DNA of 62,013 bases, counting the filler, from Bdellovibrionota bacterium (GTDB lineage Bacteria > Bdellovibrionota > Bdellovibrionia > Bdellovibrionales > JAEYZS01): NCBI GenBank assembly GCA_963169515.1. It is 8 parts of 8 records of this genome, joined end to end, with 100 filler letters (N's around TTAATTAATTAA, not from the genome) between each part and the next. Parts side by side here need not be neighbours in the genome. Positions count along the whole stretch, not along the records: positions 1 to 10,583 come from CAUJEF010000127.1; positions 10,684 to 16,551 come from CAUJEF010000128.1; positions 16,652 to 31,723 come from CAUJEF010000129.1; 5 more parts are not named here. One strand, written 5' to 3'. Below the pieces are notes generated by a model. The model worked only from the letters and a program-made list of their open reading frames with translations. It was not told the origin of the DNA and ran no database searches. Made by a program: the position numbers and the translations under genes. Positions 9,005-18,190 of this stretch are shown one piece after another. How positions within the stretch are numbered: the stretch's first letter is position 1; the number at the start of each line of letters is the position of its first letter.

Positions 9005-10071
9005 AGATTGATAAAATCTCTTTCTAGAATATTATATTTTTCCAAAACATTTAATAGCGGGAAAAATTCATTCAAGTTTTTTATGCTCGTGCGAACGTGC
9101 AGTAACGTATGATGAATATACTTTAAATAGCGAGTGTCATTTCTTAGCACCAGAAAGCTCGCGAAACTTCCACAAGCCTTGAAGCAGCGCTGAATGGTTT
9201 GCACCTCGTAAATATAATTAAAATGGTCTCGTGTTTTAATGGGTTCTTCGAACAGGGACCGTTGATCCAGATAATAATTGATCAATTCAGCCGTAGTCTG
9301 CTCGTTTAATTGCACGTAAGAATCTTTTAGTAGGCTTACCAGATCGTACTGAATTGGACCCAATCGTGCGTCCTGGAAATCGATTACACGCATTTCTCCC
9401 AATTTGATCATTAAATTTCTCGAATGATAATCCCTGTGAGAAATATACTTTTTTTCACGATGAAGGATCTTTGCGATATCTGCGAAGGTGCTTTGCAAAG
9501 AATTTTTTTCGTGCGCTTCCAGCTTTACTTCACAAACGCCTTCGATCAAGTATTTCAGAGCATAATTCAGTTCCCATACGAACTTCTCTTCGTCGAACAT
9601 GATTTTAAAAGCCGTACAGGCTGATTTATCATGGGTTGCTGGATAGTGGATTTTAACAATTTCGTCCAGCGCTTGCTTATAATACGGAACAACTGTTTTT
9701 TGATTTTGATTTTCCCAAAATTTTCGTTCAAGAGTAAGATCTCCGAGATCCTCTAACAACACCAAGCCTTCTCCGGGGGACATTGCAATTACCTTTGGAA
9801 CTTTGATTTTATGTTTCTGAAAATGCCCAAGTACGCTTAAGAAAGGGTATTCGCCGTTGTCCGAAAACGGCTCCCACTGCATTAACACGACAGACTTTTC
9901 GTCATAGGCGATGCGATAGTATTTGCGCGTGGATGCGTCGCCAGCCAACTGGAAAATTTTGTAATCAGAAGTGTCGAGAGACTTTTTCAAAAAGTCATCA
10001 AAGACCTTGGTCTGGTTTGTGTTCAAAGGTGTCACACTTGAAATTGTCGCAAACGATAGGCGTTGTTTCAA
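9001..10071 (-). CDS. amgK: AmgK-like phosphotransferase (APH family)
   Basis: LAGDASTRKYYR, LEDLGD, HRDYHSRNLM, IDFQDARLGP-YDLVSLL. True start may be downstream of 10071. Confidence 0.8.
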   Translation of the reverse strand: MKQRLSFATISSVTPLNTNQTKVFDDFLKKSLDTSDYKIFQLAGDASTRKYYRIAYDEKSVVLMQWEPFSDNGEYPFLSVLGHFQKHKIKVPKVIAMSPGEGLVLLEDLGDLTLERKFWENQNQKTVVPYYKQALDEIVKIHYPATHDKSACTAFKIMFDEEKFVWELNYALKYLIEGVCEVKLEAHEKNSLQSTFADIAKILHREKKYISHRDYHSRNLMIKLGEMRVIDFQDARLGPIQYDLVSLLKDSYVQLNEQTTAELINYYLDQRSLFEEPIKTRDHFNYIYEVQTIQRCFKACGSFASFLVLRNDTRYLKYIHHTLLHVRTSIKNLNEFFPLLNVLEKYNILERDFINL

Positions 10072-10100
10072 GTATTGAATTTAAAGATAAAACGAGGCTG

Positions 10101-10583
10101 TTAGTTTATTTTAAGTAGATGGTGGAAATAATCTTTCAACTCTGTTTTTGTCGCAAACTCTATCATCGAGGCATCAATCGAATTGTGTGACAAAATGTCC
10201 AAGAGTTCTGTCATAACTTGGCCTTCGTTCACAAGCTGTTCATATGTTTTTTGAGATGCAAAAATAAAAAGCGGGCTTGCAAAGACTTGGTATTGTCGTA
10301 AGTGTGAGACAATCAAGTTCTGAATCTCAAAAGATAATTTTGAAATTTCAGAAATAAACAGGGTCGATCGCCCCAGGCCCAATAATTCTTCATTGAAGGT
10401 TTCTTTATCCCACGTCAGGTCAAGAAATGGCAAAAATCCGCGGCGTTCTAAAACGTCATGTAAATCAACGGCAATTTTATGAGCTTTTGTATCATTCGCA
10501 TTCAATAAACCGATATGGGTAACGGTTGTTGTTTCGGCCTCGTCCACCACGCCAGCAAGTCGTTCTTGGAAGGAAATCAATGC
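10101..10583 (-). CDS. 5'-truncated hypothetical protein, possibly a degenerate sigma54-activator AAA domain
   Basis: Frame is open to the contig end; TLFISEISKLSFEIQ resembles the TLFLDEI..L...Q segment. Confidence 0.5.
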   Translation of the reverse strand, partial: ALISFQERLAGVVDEAETTTVTHIGLLNANDTKAHKIAVDLHDVLERRGFLPFLDLTWDKETFNEELLGLGRSTLFISEISKLSFEIQNLIVSHLRQYQVFASPLFIFASQKTYEQLVNEGQVMTELLDILSHNSIDASMIEFATKTELKDYFHHLLKIN

Positions 10584-10683
10584 NNNNNNNNNNNNNNNNN
10601 NNNNNNNNNNNNNNNNNNNNNNNNNNNTTAATTAATTAANNNNNNNNNNNNNNNNNNNNNNNNNNNNNNNNNNNNNNNNNNNN
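10584..10683. other. artificial contig linker
   Basis: N44-TTAATTAATTAA-N44. Confidence 0.99.
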
Positions 10684-11026
10684 TGTCGGGGACAGGGTGT
10701 TTGATCGATATCTCGTAACGTCTCCGCTTATTCGTGAATTGGACAAGGTTCGGTATGCGGATATTGGCAAGACGCGTGGCCGAGGTTTGCGGTGGGTGAA
10801 TGTTGTGGATTTGGATATCCCAGAAGTTCCTGAGGTCGCAAAAACAGAATGGATATTCATTGATAGAAATACACGGACCCATTTGCAGCCGTATACTCGT
10901 TCCCTTTACAAGGGTTGTTTGAAAAATAACGTGGAATATTTCTATCCCACCCCAGCTTATTTTCAACACGAATACTATGGCGAAGATTCAACAGTTAATG
11001 CGTTTCCACCGCGTAAACTAGATTGA
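10684..11026 (+). CDS. 5'-truncated hypothetical protein
   Basis: Open from the contig start; stop overlaps the next ATG (ATGA). Confidence 0.55.
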
Positions 11027-11562
11027 TGAATCAAAACATGACGATAAAAAGGATTGTCGTCATCGGTAATAGTGGCGGTGGAAAAACAGTGCTCAGCCGC
11101 CAGCTTGCCAAGATTCATAATTTGCCGATAACCCATGTGGATTCAATTCAGTTTATACCTGGAATGCAAGTTCGCAGTCTTGAGGAAACGCGAGATATTC
11201 TAAATGAAATCACATCTCAAGAAACCTGGCTGATTGATGGCTACGGACCGCTGGATTTGATCGAACAGCGTTTTAATATTGCGGACAAGATTGTTTTTGT
11301 CGATTTTCCGTTGTGGCGCCATTATTGGTTTTGTGTAAAACGTCAAATTAAAAGTATTTGGGCGCCGCGACTGGAGCTGCCAGAGGGGTGTGACGAAGCT
11401 ACGATTCAGCACACAGTGAAACTTTTTAGGACTTTGTGGCGTGTCCATACAAAGATGCGCCCAGAGCTATTAAAGTGGTTTGACCGTGAAAACTTGAAAC
11501 CCAAGGTAGTTGTGATACAAAATATGAACGGATGGAATCAGATATTCAAAAACGGAGTTTGA
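11023..11562 (+). CDS. adenylate kinase-like P-loop protein (FlaR/topology modulation family)
   Basis: RIVVIGNSGGGKT Walker A, WLIDG, ADKIVFVD. Confidence 0.85.
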   Translation: MMNQNMTIKRIVVIGNSGGGKTVLSRQLAKIHNLPITHVDSIQFIPGMQVRSLEETRDILNEITSQETWLIDGYGPLDLIEQRFNIADKIVFVDFPLWRHYWFCVKRQIKSIWAPRLELPEGCDEATIQHTVKLFRTLWRVHTKMRPELLKWFDRENLKPKVVVIQNMNGWNQIFKNGV

Positions 11563-12617
11563 GAAAGATAATCCATATCGACATGGATTGTTTTTATGCC
11601 GCGGTTGAAATTAAATACAAGCCAAAACTTAAGGGGAAGCCATTGGGAATCGGCGGTCCCCCAAATTCTCGAAGTGTTTTGTGTACTGCAAGCTATGAAG
11701 CTCGAAGATTTGGTGTCCACGCAGCGATGCCTTCCAGTCAGGCTGTTCGTTTGTGCCCAGACTTAATTTTGATTCCACCAAACTTTGAATTATATCGAAA
11801 AGAAAGTCAGGCCGTTCGTGAGATCATGCAGTCTTATACACACAAATTGGAACCATTGTCCCTGGACGAAGCTTATTTGGACGTGACGGGATCTTCGCAT
11901 TGCGACGGGATAGCCACAAAAATAGCGCGTGAAATTCGCGGCAGGATCGAAAAGGAGCTGGGGTTGACTGCATCTGCAGGGATTGCTCCGAATAAATTTT
12001 TGGCTAAAATCGCGAGTGATTGGAGAAAGCCAAACGGTCAATTCACAATCACGCCCAAGGATATCGAGACCTTTATGCCACCACTGAAGGTGGAAAAAAT
12101 TTTTGGTGTGGGCAAGGTCACCGCAAAAAAGATGCATGAGCTCGGATTAAAAACCTGCGGGGATATCCAAAAAGCTTCAGTGTTGGATTTAAATCGATGG
12201 TTCGGTTCACGCGCAGAGGATTTGGTTCGAATGTCACGAGGAATTGACGAACGAGCAGTTGAATCACGGTCTGAAAGAAAATCTCTTACGGTTGAAGAAA
12301 CTTTTAACACAGATTTAAGGAAGTATTCCGAATGGGTAAGCGCGCTGCCAGAGCTCTATGACGATTGGGACAAACGTATGCGCAAGTATTCAAGGGGCTC
12401 TCGCATCCGGGGCTTTGTTGTTAAAGTTAAATTCCAAGACTTTAAAGCAATGACACGTGAAAGAGCGTCTCGTGATTGGCCGACCCTGGAAGATTTTGAA
12501 AAACTTTTAAAAGTAATATGGGATAGAAGGTCTGACCCCATTCGATTATTAGGCTTGGGTGTTCGTATGGAAGATGATAAACCCATTGAAACTGATCAAC
12601 TCAATCTATGGGATTAA
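11532..12617 (+). CDS. dinB: DNA polymerase IV
   Basis: IIHIDMDCFYAAVE, ASYEARRFGV, SLDEAYLD, NKFLAKIASD-KPNG. Confidence 0.96.
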   Translation: MESDIQKRSLRKIIHIDMDCFYAAVEIKYKPKLKGKPLGIGGPPNSRSVLCTASYEARRFGVHAAMPSSQAVRLCPDLILIPPNFELYRKESQAVREIMQSYTHKLEPLSLDEAYLDVTGSSHCDGIATKIAREIRGRIEKELGLTASAGIAPNKFLAKIASDWRKPNGQFTITPKDIETFMPPLKVEKIFGVGKVTAKKMHELGLKTCGDIQKASVLDLNRWFGSRAEDLVRMSRGIDERAVESRSERKSLTVEETFNTDLRKYSEWVSALPELYDDWDKRMRKYSRGSRIRGFVVKVKFQDFKAMTRERASRDWPTLEDFEKLLKVIWDRRSDPIRLLGLGVRMEDDKPIETDQLNLWD

Positions 12618-13450
12618 AAAGTTTTTTCCAACCCGCGTACACGGCAGTTTTGTTTGTTATTTATCTGACGACTTGTTCGTGGTTGCTCGATCAACAAATG
12701 TTGGATCCCAAATTACTGGTGCTTGTTTGGCTTGGGGTATTTTCAGCCCAAACCATCGATAGTTTGGGGCTCTGGAGTCCCGAAGACTGGATCAACCAAC
12801 CCGAAAGAATTTCAGGCCTATACCGATTTAGACAAATTATTTATCCAATAGCGATATTTTTATGTGTTTTTTCGTCCGGTCTTTTGTTAATTATGGTGCC
12901 CCACAAAGTTTTATATCTTCAGCTAGCAATTGGGGCGGGCTTAGCTTTTCTTTTTTACGTTCGACCATTTTATCGAGACATTCGATTAAAAAAAATTAAG
13001 TATTTAAAATCATTTGTGGTAGCTGCGGCCTGGATTTTACTGGCGATTGCAATTGATTTTGGCTTTAATCGTGACCATTTTTTCATCAAGACAAGGGGTG
13101 TTGTTTTTGTTTTGTGTTCTTGCGTACTTTTGGTTTCGGATACTTTGCTGTTGGATATGCGTGATCGGGTGGGGGACCGCCAGTATGGAATTTGGTCTTT
13201 CCCAAAAAGTTGGGACAAGTCTATGCCCATTATAATATTTGGTTTAAACATTGGAGTACTTGTTTTCGTTAGTCTTTACGGGCTTGCTACAAGCAATGCG
13301 ATCACTGTATGGCTTACGATGTCTATTGCCCATCTGGCTTTGGCGGTCAGCGCACTTGCGGCCCCAGTTATTTCTAATCAGATGATTTATCTGATTGCAA
13401 TTTCATCATGGATTCCTGTCAGTGCATTTTTTCTATATTCAACTATCTAA
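12608..13450 (+). CDS. membrane protein, UbiA prenyltransferase-like
   Basis: Multiple TM helices; RLKKIKYLKSFVVAAAW and DMRDRVGD motifs. Confidence 0.6.
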   Translation: MGLKSFFQPAYTAVLFVIYLTTCSWLLDQQMLDPKLLVLVWLGVFSAQTIDSLGLWSPEDWINQPERISGLYRFRQIIYPIAIFLCVFSSGLLLIMVPHKVLYLQLAIGAGLAFLFYVRPFYRDIRLKKIKYLKSFVVAAAWILLAIAIDFGFNRDHFFIKTRGVVFVLCSCVLLVSDTLLLDMRDRVGDRQYGIWSFPKSWDKSMPIIIFGLNIGVLVFVSLYGLATSNAITVWLTMSIAHLALAVSALAAPVISNQMIYLIAISSWIPVSAFFLYSTI

Positions 13451-13516
13451 TATCATGGCGCATCGAAACGGCGCGTATTTCTTTTCGTTCTGATTTCTTT
13501 ATTATTAACGGCTTCT

Positions 13517-15262
13517 ATGAAAAATCAACGGGGCGATTTCTCGCCCAATAAAAGACTTCTGTATCTTTCGGGTCTGGCGATTGTTATTGGTGCCATTTCT
13601 GCCGTTGTTGCGAAAGTTTTGCTACTCTTAATCTCATTTTTTACAAATTTATTTTACTACGGAAGCCTTTCCCTTTCATTAGCGGCACCATCAGCAAATC
13701 ATTGGGGATCTTGGTTTATTTTTGTTCCAGTTCTTGGTGGGCTCATCGTTGGTGTAATGGCTTATTTCGGATCTGAAAAAATTCGTGGTCATGGAATTCC
13801 AGAGGCCCTTGAAACCATTTTATTTGGAAAAAGCATCATGCAGCTAAAAGTTGCGTTCTTAAAGCCCATATCTTCTGCTATATCCATTGGATCTGGCGGA
13901 CCTTTTGGTGCAGAAGGACCTATCATAATGACAGGCGGGGCTGTGGGATCCCTCGTGGCTCAATGTCTTCGACTTACGGCGGCTGAAAGAAAAACACTTC
14001 TTGTCGCCGGAGCCGCTGCTGGAATGTCTGCTGTTTTTTCTACGCCAATCGCGGCGGTACTTTTGTCAGTTGAATTATTACTGTTCGAATGGAAACCGAG
14101 GAGCCTTGTGCCTGTTGCAATCGCAAGCGCAATTGCTGCCCTTACGAGAGGACATTTATTGGGTGCGGGCCCAATTTTTCCCGTTCCCCCGCACGCGGCT
14201 TTTACGGATATGGCGCTGCTTGAAGCTGGGGTTGTGGGGCTTATTGCTGGTATATTTTCTACGCTGCTAAGTAAGGGCCTCTATAAAATGGAGGACATTT
14301 TTCAAAAACTTCCGATACATTGGATGTGGTGGCCTGCATTGGGGGGCCTAGTGATTGGTGTTGGCGGATATTTCCAACCGCGAGCACTTGGCGTCGGTTA
14401 TGATGTCATCGGAGATTTGCTGGGTGGTCATGTCGCCACAAGTGTTATTGTCTCCATTTTAATTGTGAAAATAATAATTTGGATTATTGCCTTGGCGTCG
14501 GGCACATCTGGCGGCGTGCTTGCGCCTCTCTTAATTTTTGGATGTGCGCTGGGAAATCTAGAGTCTTTATTGCTACCGGGCACAACTTCCCCTGGTACAT
14601 GGGCGCTTGTCAGCATGGGTGCGGTAATGGGCGGGATGATGCGCTCTCCGTTTACAGCAATTCTTTTTTGTTTTGAGCTGACAAAAGATGGCGAGGTGCT
14701 ATTACCGCTTCTGATTGCGGTCTTGTGCTCTTACGCATTCACTGTACTTGTAATGAAGCGCTCAATACTGACAGAAAAAATCGCACGTCGTGGATATGAT
14801 ATATTTCGAGAATACGGCGTTGATCCTTTGGAAAGAATGAGCGCAAAGGATGTCATGACGCCAAACCCGCGTACTATTTTTGAAAATGAGCCTTTAAAAA
14901 AGGTTATGGATGTCATTGGGAAAAGCCGCCACCGTGGATACCCAATTGTGACGGCGGACCCGACCAAAAAATTGTGTGGTGTTGTCACGGCCTCTGATTT
15001 AGAAAAGGTGGCCCAATTCGATGATGTGGATCGACTGACGGCTCAAGATTTAATACAAAGAACCCCGGTAACTGTTTTCCCTGAAGAAACTTGTCGCGTA
15101 GTCGCAGACAAAATGGCTGAACATGGGGTGGGGCGGGTACTGGTTGTGTCGGCAACCAATCCTGAAAACCTAGTGGGCATAATAACACGCAGTGATTTGC
15201 TTAAAGCTCGCCGAAAACACCTCGCAGAAGAATCACGCAAAGAAAAAATATTTTTTAATTAA
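13517..15262 (+). CDS. ClC chloride channel/antiporter with CBS pair
   Basis: GHGIPE, GGPFGAEGP, GTSGGVLAP; two C-terminal CBS domains. Confidence 0.93.
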   Translation: MKNQRGDFSPNKRLLYLSGLAIVIGAISAVVAKVLLLLISFFTNLFYYGSLSLSLAAPSANHWGSWFIFVPVLGGLIVGVMAYFGSEKIRGHGIPEALETILFGKSIMQLKVAFLKPISSAISIGSGGPFGAEGPIIMTGGAVGSLVAQCLRLTAAERKTLLVAGAAAGMSAVFSTPIAAVLLSVELLLFEWKPRSLVPVAIASAIAALTRGHLLGAGPIFPVPPHAAFTDMALLEAGVVGLIAGIFSTLLSKGLYKMEDIFQKLPIHWMWWPALGGLVIGVGGYFQPRALGVGYDVIGDLLGGHVATSVIVSILIVKIIIWIIALASGTSGGVLAPLLIFGCALGNLESLLLPGTTSPGTWALVSMGAVMGGMMRSPFTAILFCFELTKDGEVLLPLLIAVLCSYAFTVLVMKRSILTEKIARRGYDIFREYGVDPLERMSAKDVMTPNPRTIFENEPLKKVMDVIGKSRHRGYPIVTADPTKKLCGVVTASDLEKVAQFDDVDRLTAQDLIQRTPVTVFPEETCRVVADKMAEHGVGRVLVVSATNPENLVGIITRSDLLKARRKHLAEESRKEKIFFN

Positions 15263-15628
15263 AGCTTGGTCTACGGGGTATTCTGTTTTTAGTGGAGCTT
15301 GGAGTATAAAAGATACTTAAATGAGGAAGGCTAATGCTTTGGTAAAGCCTGGTCATTTCATTGGGTAGTATTTAAACCAGTGAGTGCTATTTAGAACAAA
15401 ACGGAAATTTTAAGTACGTTCAATATCACTTTGTCAAAAGATCACGGGCCTCCAGAATGTTGAAACGACCTTGCAACAATGTTCCAAAGCATATCACTCC
15501 ACCGTGGTATGCTCCTCTACAATACGCTTCTCTATGCTTCTATGCAGTCGAAACCTATATGCTAAAAAACTGTTACTATTACGCATCAAGTGTTGCAATT
15601 ATTTTGAATGATCTATACCTTCGTTCAC

Positions 15629-16174
15629 ATGCAAAAAGAGCTTTTTAAAAAACAAGAACTCGCTTATGGCGGCAAACTTCTTAAAACAAGAAAGGGACGA
15701 ACCTCGGGCAGACCCCTTGTCACAAGACAAACCATGCACTTGGTTCTTAGATCGACACATGCCAAGGGGAAGTGGTCCTTTCTTGAGCCAAAAAACAAAA
15801 CTGCCACCAGAGAGATTTTAAAAAAATTTGCAGCTAAATATGGCGTTAAGCTTCTTCACGGAGCAAACGTAGGCAATCATATTCACTTGGAAATTCAGCT
15901 CACCAACAGACACACCTATAAGCCGTTTATTCGCGCAGTAACGGCGGCAATTGCCATGAAGGTGACGGGTGTTAGCCGCTGGAAGACAAAGGAAGAAGCA
16001 GGGATAAAAAGATTTTGGGATTTGCGACCTTTTACCCGAGTCGTGGTGGGATGGAAATCCCGGTTAACTTTAAAGGACTATATTAAAGTAAACCGCTTAG
16101 AAGGACAGTACATCAAGCGTGACGTTGCAAAGATTCTAATTCAGAGACGAAGAGAGCTACTGCAGCCCGGTTAG
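15629..16174 (+). CDS. Y1 HUH transposase (IS200/RAYT-like)
   Basis: HLVLRS, NVGNHIHL (HUH), FWDLRPFTRVV, DYIKVN (catalytic Tyr); no tnpB. Alternative start 15608. Confidence 0.8.
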   Translation: MQKELFKKQELAYGGKLLKTRKGRTSGRPLVTRQTMHLVLRSTHAKGKWSFLEPKNKTATREILKKFAAKYGVKLLHGANVGNHIHLEIQLTNRHTYKPFIRAVTAAIAMKVTGVSRWKTKEEAGIKRFWDLRPFTRVVVGWKSRLTLKDYIKVNRLEGQYIKRDVAKILIQRRRELLQPG

Positions 16175-16328
16175 AATGCTTTTACCGTTGCCGAAACAGC
16201 GCTAAAAACGACCGCACTTTTGGAAAATACCACCATGAATAGTCAGTTTTTATCCACCATCTAAAAAACTGGCCCTTCATTTGCGATGGATTTACTCAAT
16301 ATACAGATACCGTAAAGGATCGGTTATA

Positions 16329-16551
16329 ATGAGGTTTTTTCATCTATTACTGTTAATAGCATTGACAGGTGTGAGCCCTTTTGGGGCCACACGCGCTGCT
16401 GACTTGGCCTGTAGGGAACTCTTTTTTCCTAGCGACCGTCACTCTTTGGGCCCTTACGAAGCCTTTATTGATAGCCTTGAAGAGACAAGATACCGACCCA
16501 AAGATGCAATTGCTACATTAGTTGAATCCAAACCATTTCTAAAATTTTTAC
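16329..16551 (+). CDS. 3'-truncated secreted hypothetical protein
   Basis: Signal peptide from ATG 16329; runs into the linker. Confidence 0.5.
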
Positions 16552-16651
16552 NNNNNNNNNNNNNNNNNNNNNNNNNNNNNNNNNNNNNNNNNNNNTTAAT
16601 TAATTAANNNNNNNNNNNNNNNNNNNNNNNNNNNNNNNNNNNNNNNNNNNN
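16552..16651. other. artificial contig linker
   Basis: N44-TTAATTAATTAA-N44. Confidence 0.99.
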
Positions 16652-16788
16652 GGATTAACCTGTCAACGAACTATCGGGGAGCAGTATAGCGTCCAACCAA
16701 AGTGTCCAAGTAGTCTGATGAAATCGAATGAAATAAAAGGAAGACTCTCTCCGCGAAAATCATATTAAGTTATTGAATCCTGTGAACT

Positions 16789-16822
16789 AAAAAGAAAAAA
16801 CGGGATTCCCAAGGAAATCCCG
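16789..16822 (-). terminator. intrinsic terminator
   Basis: CGGGATT/AATCCCG stem followed by a T-run on the minus strand. Confidence 0.65.
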
Positions 16823-16877
16823 CTAAGTCTTTGAACTTATGTTGGGGAAAATGGTGGAGGTGATGTAAACCCCCTAT

Positions 16878-16890
16878 AATCAATAACTTA
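16878..16890 (+). promoter_or_regulatory. IHF-consensus site at the left att-like junction
   Basis: AATCAATAACTTA fits WATCAANNNNTTR; a near-identical inverted copy lies at 16766..16778. Confidence 0.5.
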
Positions 16891-17230
16891 TAGCATTTGG
16901 GCATCACTTGGGCAATGGGAGATATTTTTGTAATAGAAATGCCCTCAATTTTCGTTTTCACTCTCACCCCAAAAGACCCTGCCAGAGCCTCTTATTTTCC
17001 CGTCTGTGGGGTTTTAATTGCCATTACGACCTTTCTAACGGGGCAATCCAGCCGACCGATTGGGGACTCCTTATTCACTAACCACCGCCAACAAGTCGTC
17101 ATCGGTTATGCCAGTCGTCCTCTTTCCAATCTAAAATTTTTCGGCTGGTTGCCCCTCGTTTCTAACACCACTTGGGTTTCAGCGATTTGTGAAAACCCCA
17201 AAGTGGGTTGAAACAAAAAAAGGAGGCCGT

Positions 17231-17416
17231 ATGGCTAAACAAAAACAACAAACACAGAACGAGAAAATGAACCGAGGCTTGGCTTTTGTGCCTTTCCATA
17301 AGGTGAGAAAAACCAAAAACGGAACCAACATTTTAGTTTACTTAAATTCTGGTTCTGCCATTTCAATTTCCATCAAATATCTGCTTAAAGTTCTTGAAAA
17401 TCAGGGCGAGGGTTAA
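17231..17416 (+). CDS. small basic hypothetical protein (61 aa) of the element
   Basis: AGGAGG RBS before ATG 17231. Confidence 0.65.
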   Translation: MAKQKQQTQNEKMNRGLAFVPFHKVRKTKNGTNILVYLNSGSAISISIKYLLKVLENQGEG

Positions 17417-17931
17417 TCCTCGCCCCCTTTTTTCCTCCCAATGATGAATTGATTTTTTTCATCGCAATAAAGTTTTTGAACAAAGGCTTGGGCGGAAATT
17501 TCCGCCCCATTACAAAATAATTTTCCGTCTCTCGCATAATAAACCTCACAGTGGCTTGGATTGCCTCTGCCATTACTTATGAGAAATGTGAGTAAAACCC
17601 AGCCCTCGGTCAGTGAAATAATAAAAGTCTGTCCGTCGTGGGCATAGATATAGCCACCCCGACACTCTAACTTTTCAAAGATTGGATTTTTAAAAAAGGC
17701 ATCAATGCCGTGATTGGGTGTAATCAAAGTTTTTTCGTCCTCTTGGAGTTCGGCTTTTAACCAAAACAAAAAATATGATTTCAGTTCATCAATCGCATCC
17801 AATAACCCAAAGAAATTGAAAAATCCTTTCGGGCAACATCCCACCATTTCATCGCTCCCATCGGCTTTCACGATATAGCCCACGGGAAATTCGGTAATCT
17901 CGTCCAACTCGGTAATTCTAACGGCTTTCAT
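17413..17931 (-). CDS. hypothetical protein of the element
   Basis: 172 aa; GGGGAGG RBS; TAATG coupling to the upstream gene. Confidence 0.7.
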   Translation of the reverse strand: MKAVRITELDEITEFPVGYIVKADGSDEMVGCCPKGFFNFFGLLDAIDELKSYFLFWLKAELQEDEKTLITPNHGIDAFFKNPIFEKLECRGGYIYAHDGQTFIISLTEGWVLLTFLISNGRGNPSHCEVYYARDGKLFCNGAEISAQAFVQKLYCDEKNQFIIGRKKGGED

Positions 17932-18161
17932 TAGAACACCTCCCCAAGTCGGGACATCACCAACGATTGTTCGGTGAAAACCTCTTTCAGTGCCTCTTTT
18001 ACCTCTGGTTTTTTAAGTGTCTCCGCCTCTTGCTTTGCCCGTTCTGTTTTCGGGTAATCCGTTCGCCATTTCTTGTCCCAATCTATTTTTTTGATTTGGT
18101 CATTAAGAAAGGCCATTGATTGTTCAACGGCTCTGTTAATACTTGAAAAATTACTGTCCAT
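17931..18161 (-). CDS. small helical hypothetical protein of the element
   Basis: GGAGG RBS before ATG 18161 (ORF track starts it at 18194). Confidence 0.65.
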   Translation of the reverse strand: MDSNFSSINRAVEQSMAFLNDQIKKIDWDKKWRTDYPKTERAKQEAETLKKPEVKEALKEVFTEQSLVMSRLGEVF

Positions 18162-18190
18162 AAAAATTCCTCCGTTCTTTAAATGGAAAA

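Noticed and set aside
15629..16860. Y1 transposase as part of the integrative element
   Set aside because: A contig linker (16552..16651) separates them, so adjacency is unsupported.
16897..17211. 104-aa ORF at the element's left end
   Set aside because: TTG start inside the arm repeats, no RBS, and it spans the hairpin-rich tract; more likely non-coding.
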